A stretch of DNA of 64,000 nt from contig PAPB01000024.1 in the NCBI GenBank assembly GCA_002708715.1, positions 33,320 through 97,319 on the forward strand, read 5' to 3'. The position numbers were made by a program, and so were the translations under genes. This DNA comes from Fidelibacterota bacterium (GTDB lineage Bacteria; Fidelibacterota; Marinisomatia; Marinisomatales; UBA1611). Shown one piece after another: positions 56,799 through 64,000 of the stretch. The number at the start of each line of letters is the position of its first letter. Within the stretch, counting starts at the first letter, position 1. The notes under the pieces were generated by a model. That model was not told the DNA's origin, searched no databases, and saw only the letters and a program-made list of their open reading frames with translations.

Positions 56799-57924
56799 GT
56801 TCTCTTTTAGAAAAATGTGCTTTATATGCCATACGTCTTACCGATTCAGCATTCTTTTTTTCTTCTCCTAGTTTGTAGACCATATTTATTATATTATCAT
56901 AGTAAATGTAATTATCCTTATTTGCTAACATAGGTAATAAACCATTAAGTACAGATGGATCATTGAAAGCCGCGAGATTATCGATTGCTTTTTTTCTGAT
57001 ATCCATTGGATAATCTTTGCTATGTGCAATTTCTATTACAGCTTTTTTTACTTCTGGGTCATCAAACTCGCCTAAAGCTGCAAGCATTGTATTTAAGAGA
57101 CTATAATATTCTGTTTTTCCCATATTGTAAGTGTTTAATAATGCTAATACAAGGTTCTCTTCCTTGACTCCTTTCATGGTATTCAATGCAAATTCACGTA
57201 CCTCAAGATTTGTATTTGGGTCTCCTAATAGTTCAGCAAAAGCGACCGCTACATCATCAGGATTTTTTTTACCTAATATTTCAACAGCCTTGTTTCGCAC
57301 TCCAATATTTATTTTAGGGTCTTTTGCAACTTGAGTTAAAATGGGAATTACTTGGTCACTGCCTAATGCTCCCATTGTCTCCGTGAGTAATTTTTCAGTT
57401 CTTGACATATTACTTTTTGCTACTTCATAAAGATCTAAAAGAGCAAGAATTTGATCCTTTGTCCTTACACGCACGAGATTTTTGACTAAAGTTATATGAA
57501 TTTCGTTTGTTTTTTCTTCCATAGTATGCATGGATCGTACTAATGCATCAGCCGCTTTTGGATTTTCTTCAAACATCCCTAGTAGTTTAATTGATTCTTT
57601 AAGTAAAGCATAGTCTAGCGCAGTTGTTGTTGCGACCATTTCAGATATTGAGTGGAGCGCTCTAGGATGTTGTGATTGAGAAAGGGTTTTTCCTGCTGCG
57701 ATTCGTAATTTTATATGTAGATCTTCATCCTCATAAATTTCAATTAGTTCATCTAATGCTTGTATATTACCCTCTCTGTATGCGCTTTTTAATTCTTGGA
57801 CCCTATTTAAGAAATCAGGATCATTAGGATCTCCTATAGCTTTTTTACCGAATAGGCCCTTGACCATTGAGCACCCTTGGAAAACAAATATTAAAGAAAA
57901 AGTAAATGCAATTGTTTTAAACAT
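56791..57924 (-). CDS. HEAT/armadillo-repeat lipoprotein, function unknown
   Basis: The ATG at 57924 gives MFKTIAFTFSLIFVFQGC, a lipobox-like signal. The rest is repeated about 30-aa helical units (..IRIAAGKTL.., ..VRNKAVEILG.., ..IRKKAIDNLA..). Confidence 0.55.
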   Translation of the reverse strand: MFKTIAFTFSLIFVFQGCSMVKGLFGKKAIGDPNDPDFLNRVQELKSAYREGNIQALDELIEIYEDEDLHIKLRIAAGKTLSQSQHPRALHSISEMVATTTALDYALLKESIKLLGMFEENPKAADALVRSMHTMEEKTNEIHITLVKNLVRVRTKDQILALLDLYEVAKSNMSRTEKLLTETMGALGSDQVIPILTQVAKDPKINIGVRNKAVEILGKKNPDDVAVAFAELLGDPNTNLEVREFALNTMKGVKEENLVLALLNTYNMGKTEYYSLLNTMLAALGEFDDPEVKKAVIEIAHSKDYPMDIRKKAIDNLAAFNDPSVLNGLLPMLANKDNYIYYDNIINMVYKLGEEKKNAESVRRMAYKAHFSKREHD

Positions 57925-58657
57925 CACTCTCCCATAATTGAAATGATAAGTCTTTCCCATCAAATTTTGCATAACTTGGTCGATAAAACCAGTCCCCTAA
58001 AACAGCTAATTTGCCTTGATTTATGTTATACATCTCTCCCAGATGATAATGCCCTGAGATCATGAAGTCAAAGCCATTTTCAAATTGTTTTTTTGCAAAA
58101 CTTTGAAGTTCAATTTTGACATCATTGTAATAATCAGCCTGATGCGTCTCTTCTTTACCACTTCTTGAAACAAACCTTGCAATTTTATAAGCAATGGTAG
58201 GGTGTATCCAACGGAACAGGTTTATGAAAAATTTTGAACGAATAATTTTTTTCAAGATCCGATATCCATGATCCCAGCTCAGGAGACCATCACCATGGGT
58301 AATGAAAAACTTTTTGCCTGCTATCATGATATCAAGATCTTCTGTGTAAATTTTATCCATAATTTTTTTATCTAAAAAATCTTGAAACCAATAATCATGA
58401 TTACCAGTTTGAAAATGAAGATTAACACCTTTTGTTTTCATTTCGAGTGCTTTATTATAGAAATCACTATAAGCTTTGGGAATTACATCAGGGTATTCGA
58501 AGTAAAAATCAAAAAGATCTCCAACAAAAAAACAAGTCCCTCCAGTTTTACATATTTTATCTAGCAGACGAAATAATTTTTCACGTCGCAGTTGCTCAGC
58601 GTTATCTACATTGAGCTTTAAATGTATATCAGAAATAAAATAGACGGGTGTTTTCAT
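57917..58657 (-). CDS. lpxH: UDP-2,3-diacylglucosamine diphosphatase
   Basis: Calcineurin-like motifs FISDIHL, VGDLFDF, GNHD and THGD in a 246-aa protein. Confidence 0.85.
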   Translation of the reverse strand: MKTPVYFISDIHLKLNVDNAEQLRREKLFRLLDKICKTGGTCFFVGDLFDFYFEYPDVIPKAYSDFYNKALEMKTKGVNLHFQTGNHDYWFQDFLDKKIMDKIYTEDLDIMIAGKKFFITHGDGLLSWDHGYRILKKIIRSKFFINLFRWIHPTIAYKIARFVSRSGKEETHQADYYNDVKIELQSFAKKQFENGFDFMISGHYHLGEMYNINQGKLAVLGDWFYRPSYAKFDGKDLSFQLWESDV

Positions 58658-58784
58658 TTGGGTAGAAAATTAGCTCATTATTAGTACGATAATTTAAATT
58701 ATTTTTAAATATTGTATTTGATTAACAATACTGTCTTCTTTAGATGTAATTGGTTGAATATTCCTATATTTGTAAGTTTGTATT

Positions 58785-59936
58785 ATGAAATATCTAAGGT
58801 ATTATATATCAACAGGGACCCTAATAGCAGGTTTTTTATTATGCCTCACAGGTTCAAATGGTCCCACTTTATTATTTGTAGGTTTTTCTCTGTTAATTAT
58901 TTTTGGTGATATTTTAATAGATGAGGAAAATTTGAAATTAGAATATTCGAATACAATATATCTTAACCTCCCCATGTACATTAATCTTCCACTGTTAATA
59001 ATCTTTGTTTTTATGGCAATAAGTCTACTAAGTCAGAGTTTAAATGTATTTATATTATTTCCAATTCTTAGCGAAGTTGCTTTTAATCAAATCAAGAGTT
59101 CTTTACATCTTATTGATAAAATTTCTCTTGTAGCTATATCAAGTTTATTTATTGGTGTGATGGGTACCGTGCCAGGACATGAACTTGTGCATAGGAAAAC
59201 AAATAAATTTGATATGTTTATCGGTAATTGGTTATTGTCCTTATCATGGGACTGTGCATTTGCGATTGAGCATGTGTATGGGCACCATAAAAATGTAGGC
59301 CTTAAAATTGATCCAGCTACTGCAAAACGCGGAGAAAACATTTATATGTTTATTTTAAGAGCAATTGTAAATGAGCAGAAAGACGCTTGGAAGATTGTTA
59401 AAAAACAATTGAAGAAGAGTAAAAAGGCATTATTTATTGTTAATAATAAATTAATGATTGGTTATCTAAGAAGTGCTATTATTTCTTTTTTTTCCTATTT
59501 GATTGGAGGTTTTAGCGGGTTGATGTTTTTTTTCCTTTGTGCATTTATTGCTAAGGCGCTTTTGGAAGTGATTAATTACACAGAGCATTATGGTTTAGTT
59601 AGAGCTAATGGTGAGCCAGTTCAACCCCATCATTCATGGAACTCCAACAGTACTATGAGTAGTATATATTTATATAATGTTACCAGACATTCCTCTCATC
59701 ATGAGAGAGCAAGCTTGAAATATTGGGAATTAAATCCATACAAAGATGCTCCTATGATGCCTTATGGATATCTTTCAATGTTATATTTAGCTTTATTCCT
59801 TCCACCGGTTTTTCACAAGATCATGAGTAAAAAATTGGTTGATTGGGATAATAAATATGCAACAAAAAAAGAACAGGCATTGGCATCAGAGCAAAATAAA
59901 AGAAGTGGTATAAGGTATCTTCAAAATAATGTTTAA
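58785..59936 (+). CDS. alkB: alkane 1-monooxygenase (AlkB-type integral-membrane di-iron hydroxylase)
   Basis: All four family signatures are present: HELVHR (His box 1), EHVYGHH (His box 2), NYTEHYGL (HYG motif) and RHSSHHE (His box 3). There are about 6 TM segments. Confidence 0.8.
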   Translation: MKYLRYYISTGTLIAGFLLCLTGSNGPTLLFVGFSLLIIFGDILIDEENLKLEYSNTIYLNLPMYINLPLLIIFVFMAISLLSQSLNVFILFPILSEVAFNQIKSSLHLIDKISLVAISSLFIGVMGTVPGHELVHRKTNKFDMFIGNWLLSLSWDCAFAIEHVYGHHKNVGLKIDPATAKRGENIYMFILRAIVNEQKDAWKIVKKQLKKSKKALFIVNNKLMIGYLRSAIISFFSYLIGGFSGLMFFFLCAFIAKALLEVINYTEHYGLVRANGEPVQPHHSWNSNSTMSSIYLYNVTRHSSHHERASLKYWELNPYKDAPMMPYGYLSMLYLALFLPPVFHKIMSKKLVDWDNKYATKKEQALASEQNKRSGIRYLQNNV

Positions 59937-59945
59937 TCTAAAGCG

Positions 59946-61112
59946 ATGAGAATAATAAGAAAATTGATTGGCAAAAAGATGGTTGAAAAAGCAAAAAGTG
60001 CTGGTCATATAGCTGCTGAGTTGCCACAAAATGAGTATGAGAGGATCAATGATCTTAAGCGATTGCAGATGATTGAAAAGAATATAGAGAAAGATAAACG
60101 TTTTTCAAGTTTTCCAATTCTGGCTGCTACGATTACAGATTGTGAAAAAGCAGCAATCAATATCATTGATAATGACACCCAGTATTGCAAAATTAATTAT
60201 GGAATGGATATTACTGAATCAGTAATGATGAAAGAGGTCCCTAGGGAGCTGACAGTGTGTGCACACGTTATAAACAATGGATCGAAGCCCCTAGTAATCA
60301 ATGATATGACTAAAGATGAAAGAACAAAAAATATTTTCTTGGTGAATAAATCCTTGCCAAAATTTTACGCAGGTAGTCCTATAATAACTAAAAAAGGTTT
60401 TACTCTTGGTTCTTTTTGTGTTTTTAATTCGGAGCCTAAAACTTTAGATCAATCAAAAATTAATGGTCTTCGAATGTTAACAGATCAATTTATTGACTTA
60501 TATGAGCACACAATCCATTCGCAGGTTGATGAGATAGATACAGTTGCTCTTAATGAAAAAATAAGCGGGGAATTTTATTCCTCTGCAACTGTTCTATTTG
60601 CTGATTTTGTAGGGTTTACTAAAAAAACAGAGGAGCTACAACCTGGCGAGTTATTAGATATATTAGATTCGTTTTTTAAGGGTTTTGACAAAATAATCGA
60701 AAGGTATGATTTAAAAAAAGTAAAAACAATTGGTGACGCATATATGGCTGTTGGAGGTGTACCAGATTTAAATTCTAATCACGCTGAGCGAATAGTCTTA
60801 GCTGGAAAACAAATGATAAACTTTGTAAGTGGTATTAATCTACAACAGGAGGCTGTAGGTAATGAGCCATGGCATATTAGAATTGGTGTGCACACTGGAC
60901 CAATAATTGCTGGTACAACAAGTAGTCAGTTTGACATTTGGGGAGACACAGTAAATATAGCAGCAAGACTAGAAAGTAGTAGTGATGATATGAAAATTCA
61001 TTTTTCTAAGGAAACCAAGGATAGTTTACCTCAAAATATAGAAGTTTGTGGTAGCCAAAATACTGAATTAAAGGGTAAAGGCAGTTTTAAAACTTTTCAT
61101 TTGGCTGGATAG
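59946..61112 (+). CDS. GAF-domain sensor fused to a class III adenylate/guanylate cyclase
   Basis: N-terminal NEYERINDLKRLQMI...FYAGSPI...LGSFCVF (GAF). C-terminal cyclase homology domain with ATVLFADFVGFT, KTIGDAYMAVGG, RIGVHTGPIIAG and DIWGDTVNIAARLES. Confidence 0.85.
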   Translation: MRIIRKLIGKKMVEKAKSAGHIAAELPQNEYERINDLKRLQMIEKNIEKDKRFSSFPILAATITDCEKAAINIIDNDTQYCKINYGMDITESVMMKEVPRELTVCAHVINNGSKPLVINDMTKDERTKNIFLVNKSLPKFYAGSPIITKKGFTLGSFCVFNSEPKTLDQSKINGLRMLTDQFIDLYEHTIHSQVDEIDTVALNEKISGEFYSSATVLFADFVGFTKKTEELQPGELLDILDSFFKGFDKIIERYDLKKVKTIGDAYMAVGGVPDLNSNHAERIVLAGKQMINFVSGINLQQEAVGNEPWHIRIGVHTGPIIAGTTSSQFDIWGDTVNIAARLESSSDDMKIHFSKETKDSLPQNIEVCGSQNTELKGKGSFKTFHLAG

Positions 61113-61315
61113 ATGCCTTCATTAATTAATTCTTTTTTTTCCCATTTTTCAAGCTGTTTTAAAACTTCTTTTCTAATCACATTGGATTTTCCGCTGTGCA
61201 TTTTTTCATATGGACACATTAAACACTTATGCCCGCAACAACGTCCTTGTTTGATTAAAAATAATTTAGATAACATTCTAAAAGAATATGAATAATGATC
61301 TTTTTTAACAAACAT
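61097..61315 (-). CDS. DUF5522-like small cysteine-rich protein
   Basis: 72 aa. GRCCGHKCLMCPY matches the CCxxxCxxCPY signature I associate with DUF5522. Confidence 0.55.
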   Translation of the reverse strand: MFVKKDHYSYSFRMLSKLFLIKQGRCCGHKCLMCPYEKMHSGKSNVIRKEVLKQLEKWEKKELINEGIYPAK

Positions 61316-61520
61316 AACTTTTTCAATTAAAATTAGTAAGCAAAATTTTTTTCATTGGTATATAAGTCATAGTGAATATATTAGATGTAAGCCATCTAAA
61401 ATATGGGAATTAATTTCAACTCCGTCAAACCTAGAATTATTTCATCCTTTTTGTAAAAGAAATGATATTCTGAAATGGCCAGGTATTCAATCTGAGGATG
61501 TAATCACTTATTTAAACGGT

Positions 61521-61841
61521 ATGGTTCTAAAAAGAAAATTTATTCAATGGAAGGAGAGGGTAGGATATGATTTATATATCACTACAAGCAATGGAAAATC
61601 TTCTTTTGTGAAATGGAGTATTGAAGAATTAGACGAAACATCTAAAATCACAATTACTATCTATCCTTACATATACAATCAAGGATATAAAATATTTAAC
61701 TGGATACCATTTAACCTTTTTGTAAAACCGAATCTTAAAAAATATTTAATTTCTGTTCTATGTGGCCTTAAGTATTATCTTGATCATAGTAAACAAGTGA
61801 AGAAAAATCAATTTGGTCAGCATCCGTGGTTTTCATTATAG
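61521..61841 (+). CDS. SRPBCC (START/polyketide-cyclase-like) family protein. The annotated ATG probably truncates the real N-terminus.
   Basis: The ORF-track ORF is 106 aa. The same frame is open for 74 more codons upstream (from 61299) and encodes YISHSEYIRCKPSKIWELISTPSNLELFHPF, a typical SRPBCC first strand and helix. Confidence 0.55.
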   Translation: MVLKRKFIQWKERVGYDLYITTSNGKSSFVKWSIEELDETSKITITIYPYIYNQGYKIFNWIPFNLFVKPNLKKYLISVLCGLKYYLDHSKQVKKNQFGQHPWFSL

Positions 61842-61865
61842 ATAATACTATCAATTTTTCATTTT

Positions 61866-64000
61866 TTAGGGTATAAAAACTTCTTTATTTGATTTTATTG
61901 AATCTATGATCATATCAGAAATTTCTGGTCTCATATACCATGTTGGAGGTTTATTGAGTTGAGACAGCATTTCTCGTGCTTCAGTACCACTTATAGCCAT
62001 AAAACTTTTTTTATTCTTTAAGTTAGTTTTAGAGGCTTGTTCAATATACTTCTGATCATTAGTTGAATAATGAACGTTGTTAAACTTAATGATTTCTATA
62101 TCTAGGTTGGGAATTTTGGAAAAAATATCATGAGCATTATTTTTATTATTACCTACCCCAGTATGATCACGGCCGATAATAAAGTGACTACATCCATAGT
62201 TCTTTCTACAAATTGCAGTAAAAATAGCTTCCCTTTCTTGAGCATACCTTGAATATGTTGATAAAACACCAAAAACAACTTTATTGTCAGGATAAAAGTC
62301 TCGCATTATCTCGTAACTTTTTATTATGATATTTGAGTTGTAATCGCCTGATTTTTTTTGTCCAATAACTGGGTGGATAAATAAACCATCACACTTACTC
62401 TTATCTAGGGCAGATAATTGTATATGCTCATGAGCTCTATGAATTACATTTCTTGTATGAAAGCCTACTACTTTTGACCAATTTTTTTCATCAAATAATC
62501 GTCTAGTTTGTCGAGGAGTTAAATTGTAATGGTTATGCTCCATATTTATTTTGTTAAATAAATGTATTTTTCCTCCAATAAATATTGGTTTAAATGTATT
62601 CACCTGTCTTACTCCAGGATGGGTGATATCATTTGTATGATACAATTTTTTTTGAATTAGTTTTTTATCAAATTTATATAAATCTTCAATCTTCATAATA
62701 CCGATCACACTATTAGAATTATCAGTTAATGCAACGGTTTCACCAATATTCATCTTATTAGTCTGATGCTCTTCAATATCAAGTAGAATTGGTATGGGCC
62801 AGATAATATCATTTGGCAAAATCATATTTTCTAATACAGTTTCAAGTTCTATTTTTGTCATAAAACCTTTTAATGGGCTATAGGCTCCAACTGCGATTTG
62901 GAATGCATCTAGTTTTTGATTTTCAGTAAGTTGAATTTTTTTTAGTGAACTTAATTCATTCTTTGTTAATGATGATGAATTATATCTATTAATTAATTCT
63001 CCACCATGTGGTTTGATCAAGGATGATGAAATAGTATCATCCAGCAAATAATCTTTGCTTTCTAAAAATGAAATAAATTCTTTTTCTTTGTTTATTGTTT
63101 TTTTTGTATCGATAATTGCAGTTGAATGTTTTATTATTTTATATAACATATTTATACATCCAATTGGATATTTCCCTATTGCTGTTTCAGCAGCTAGGGT
63201 TAAGCCATATGCTCCATCAACAATCGTATTAATTATGTCATGTACTTCTGCTCTGGTTGGTTTTCTATTTAATATCATTGATTCTAGGAGGTTGGTTGCT
63301 ACAAACACTTTTTTATTGTGCGACTTTGCTCTATCAATTATTATTTTTTGAGTGAATGGTATTTTTTCAATTGGAATCTCTTTACTAAGGTCGCCTCTAT
63401 CGATTAGTAAAAAGTCAGATTCTAGAATTATATCGTTTAGGTTATGAAGAGCATCTTTACATTCGATTTTTGAAATAATTTTCATTTTATTTTTCGAAAT
63501 ACGTCGTACATATTTTACTGAATTTTTATCTCGCATGAATGATGCTGCAACATGAGAAATGTTATTTTTTAAACCAAGTTTAATTGCTTCAATATCTTTT
63601 GCAGTTAATACTGGTAAGTTTATTTCTCTATTTATTTGAGGGTCGATTACAATACCTTTATTACTACCTAGAGAACCAGAGGAAATAATTTTAGCTTTTA
63701 TAAAGCCATGGGTTATAGTTTTTGTATCAGTTATTAATAGAGCAAGGGTGTCAAAGTCTACGTATAAAATATCACCAACTTTTAGCTGATCAATTATTTC
63801 CGAGGGTCTGATACTTATTTTCTGTTTATTACCTATAAATTCATTTTTATGTAACTCTACAGTTTGATTTTCAGAAAAACTTATAGATTTTGAATTTAAA
63901 TTTCCTGTTCTTACTTGAGAACCTTCGGTGTCAATTATAAATGGTATATTAGCTTTTTTGGATAAGTAGATAAAATAATTTAAATCTTCTATGCTTGAAT
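61866..64000 (-). CDS. fusion protein: pyruvate kinase catalytic (A/B) domains + PUA-like/ATP sulfurylase (sulfate adenylyltransferase), N-terminus outside window
   Basis: The minus-strand frame stays open from 63536 up to base 64000 and encodes the PK motifs IIDTEGSQVRTG, HVAASFMRD, LIDRGDLSKEIP, ATNLLESM, PTRAEVHDIINTIVDG and AAETAIGKYP. It then encodes the Sat motifs PHGGELINR, FHTRNVIHRAHEHI, HPVIGQKKSGDY and HFIIGRDHTGVG. Confidence 0.8.
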   Translation of the reverse strand, partial: SSIEDLNYFIYLSKKANIPFIIDTEGSQVRTGNLNSKSISFSENQTVELHKNEFIGNKQKISIRPSEIIDQLKVGDILYVDFDTLALLITDTKTITHGFIKAKIISSGSLGSNKGIVIDPQINREINLPVLTAKDIEAIKLGLKNNISHVAASFMRDKNSVKYVRRISKNKMKIISKIECKDALHNLNDIILESDFLLIDRGDLSKEIPIEKIPFTQKIIIDRAKSHNKKVFVATNLLESMILNRKPTRAEVHDIINTIVDGAYGLTLAAETAIGKYPIGCINMLYKIIKHSTAIIDTKKTINKEKEFISFLESKDYLLDDTISSSLIKPHGGELINRYNSSSLTKNELSSLKKIQLTENQKLDAFQIAVGAYSPLKGFMTKIELETVLENMILPNDIIWPIPILLDIEEHQTNKMNIGETVALTDNSNSVIGIMKIEDLYKFDKKLIQKKLYHTNDITHPGVRQVNTFKPIFIGGKIHLFNKINMEHNHYNLTPRQTRRLFDEKNWSKVVGFHTRNVIHRAHEHIQLSALDKSKCDGLFIHPVIGQKKSGDYNSNIIIKSYEIMRDFYPDNKVVFGVLSTYSRYAQEREAIFTAICRKNYGCSHFIIGRDHTGVGNNKNNAHDIFSKIPNLDIEIIKFNNVHYSTNDQKYIEQASKTNLKNKKSFMAISGTEAREMLSQLNKPPTWYMRPEISDMIIDSIKSNKEVFIP

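Noticed and set aside
58710-58730. Inverted repeat TATTGT-N9-ACAATA in the lpxH/alkB divergent spacer.
   Set aside because: It has only 6-bp AT-rich arms, which are easily produced by chance in this composition. No second copy was seen.
58765-58780. Two tandem matches to the Bacteroidota-type -7 promoter element TAnnTTTG (tatatttg, taagtttg) just upstream of the alkB ATG, which would imply a nearly leaderless mRNA.
   Set aside because: I could not find the same motif in the other clear promoter-containing spacers (12338-12504, 23826-23896, 49176-49411). The phylum is not established. Such AT-rich 8-mers are expected by chance here.
58712-58909. 65-aa ORF overlapping the 5' end of alkB in another frame.
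   Set aside because: The alkB frame starting at 58785 gives a complete AlkB with all His boxes. The overlapping ORF has no support.
1-64000. Looked for rRNA, tRNA, tmRNA, RNase P, riboswitches, CRISPR repeats, transposases, integrases, reverse transcriptases, restriction-modification genes, toxin-antitoxin pairs and phage genes.
   Set aside because: I saw no GC-rich structured islands in the few spacers, no regularly spaced direct repeats and no ORFs with the relevant motifs. This was a by-eye scan only. tRNAscan-SE, Infernal/Rfam and a CRISPR finder would be needed for a definitive negative.

Overview
This is a visibly AT-rich, very gene-dense stretch of chromosome from a Gram-negative (diderm) bacterium. 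The gene content (CarboxypepD_reg-type TonB-dependent receptor, DUF2723, DUF4835-like and DUF4139-like proteins, split MacB-type exporters, rpoN) suggests a streamlined marine member of the FCB group, possibly Marinimicrobia-like. That assignment is inference only. I call 57 protein-coding genes. By my addition of gaps between ORF coordinates, only about 1.5 kb of the 64 kb is non-coding. I found no rRNA, tRNA, CRISPR array, transposase, integrase or phage genes.

Most of the window is housekeeping: deoC, rlmD-like, valS, recG, cca, mutM, argF, lpxH and a 12-gene collinear block kdsB-pyrG-kdsA-kdsC-lptC-lptB-rpoN-hflK-hflC-hslV-hslU-argF.

The parts worth a second look are:
1. A six-gene minus-strand module at 3.1-10.3 kb. 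It combines an MMPL transporter, a putative outer-membrane beta-barrel, a LolCDE-like ABC set (one ATPase, two FtsX permeases) and a LolA-like periplasmic protein.
2. One continuous ORF at 61.9->64.0 kb that fuses a pyruvate-kinase catalytic barrel to a complete ATP sulfurylase.
3. A second module at 42.2-45.8 kb with a LolA-like protein, an ABC-2 transporter and an AttH/CrtC-like lipoprotein.
4. A translationally coupled array at 52.0-58.7 kb: TonB-dependent receptor, secreted PHP phosphoesterase, two unknown envelope proteins and lpxH.
5. An AlkB-type alkane hydroxylase next to a GAF-adenylate cyclase.

Smaller oddities are an RlmD lacking one Fe-S cysteine, an SRPBCC gene without a canonical start codon, an HslV with an N-terminal extension, an in-frame 15-bp tandem duplication, and several convergent gene overlaps. 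All functional calls rest on motif recognition by eye. No database search was run.
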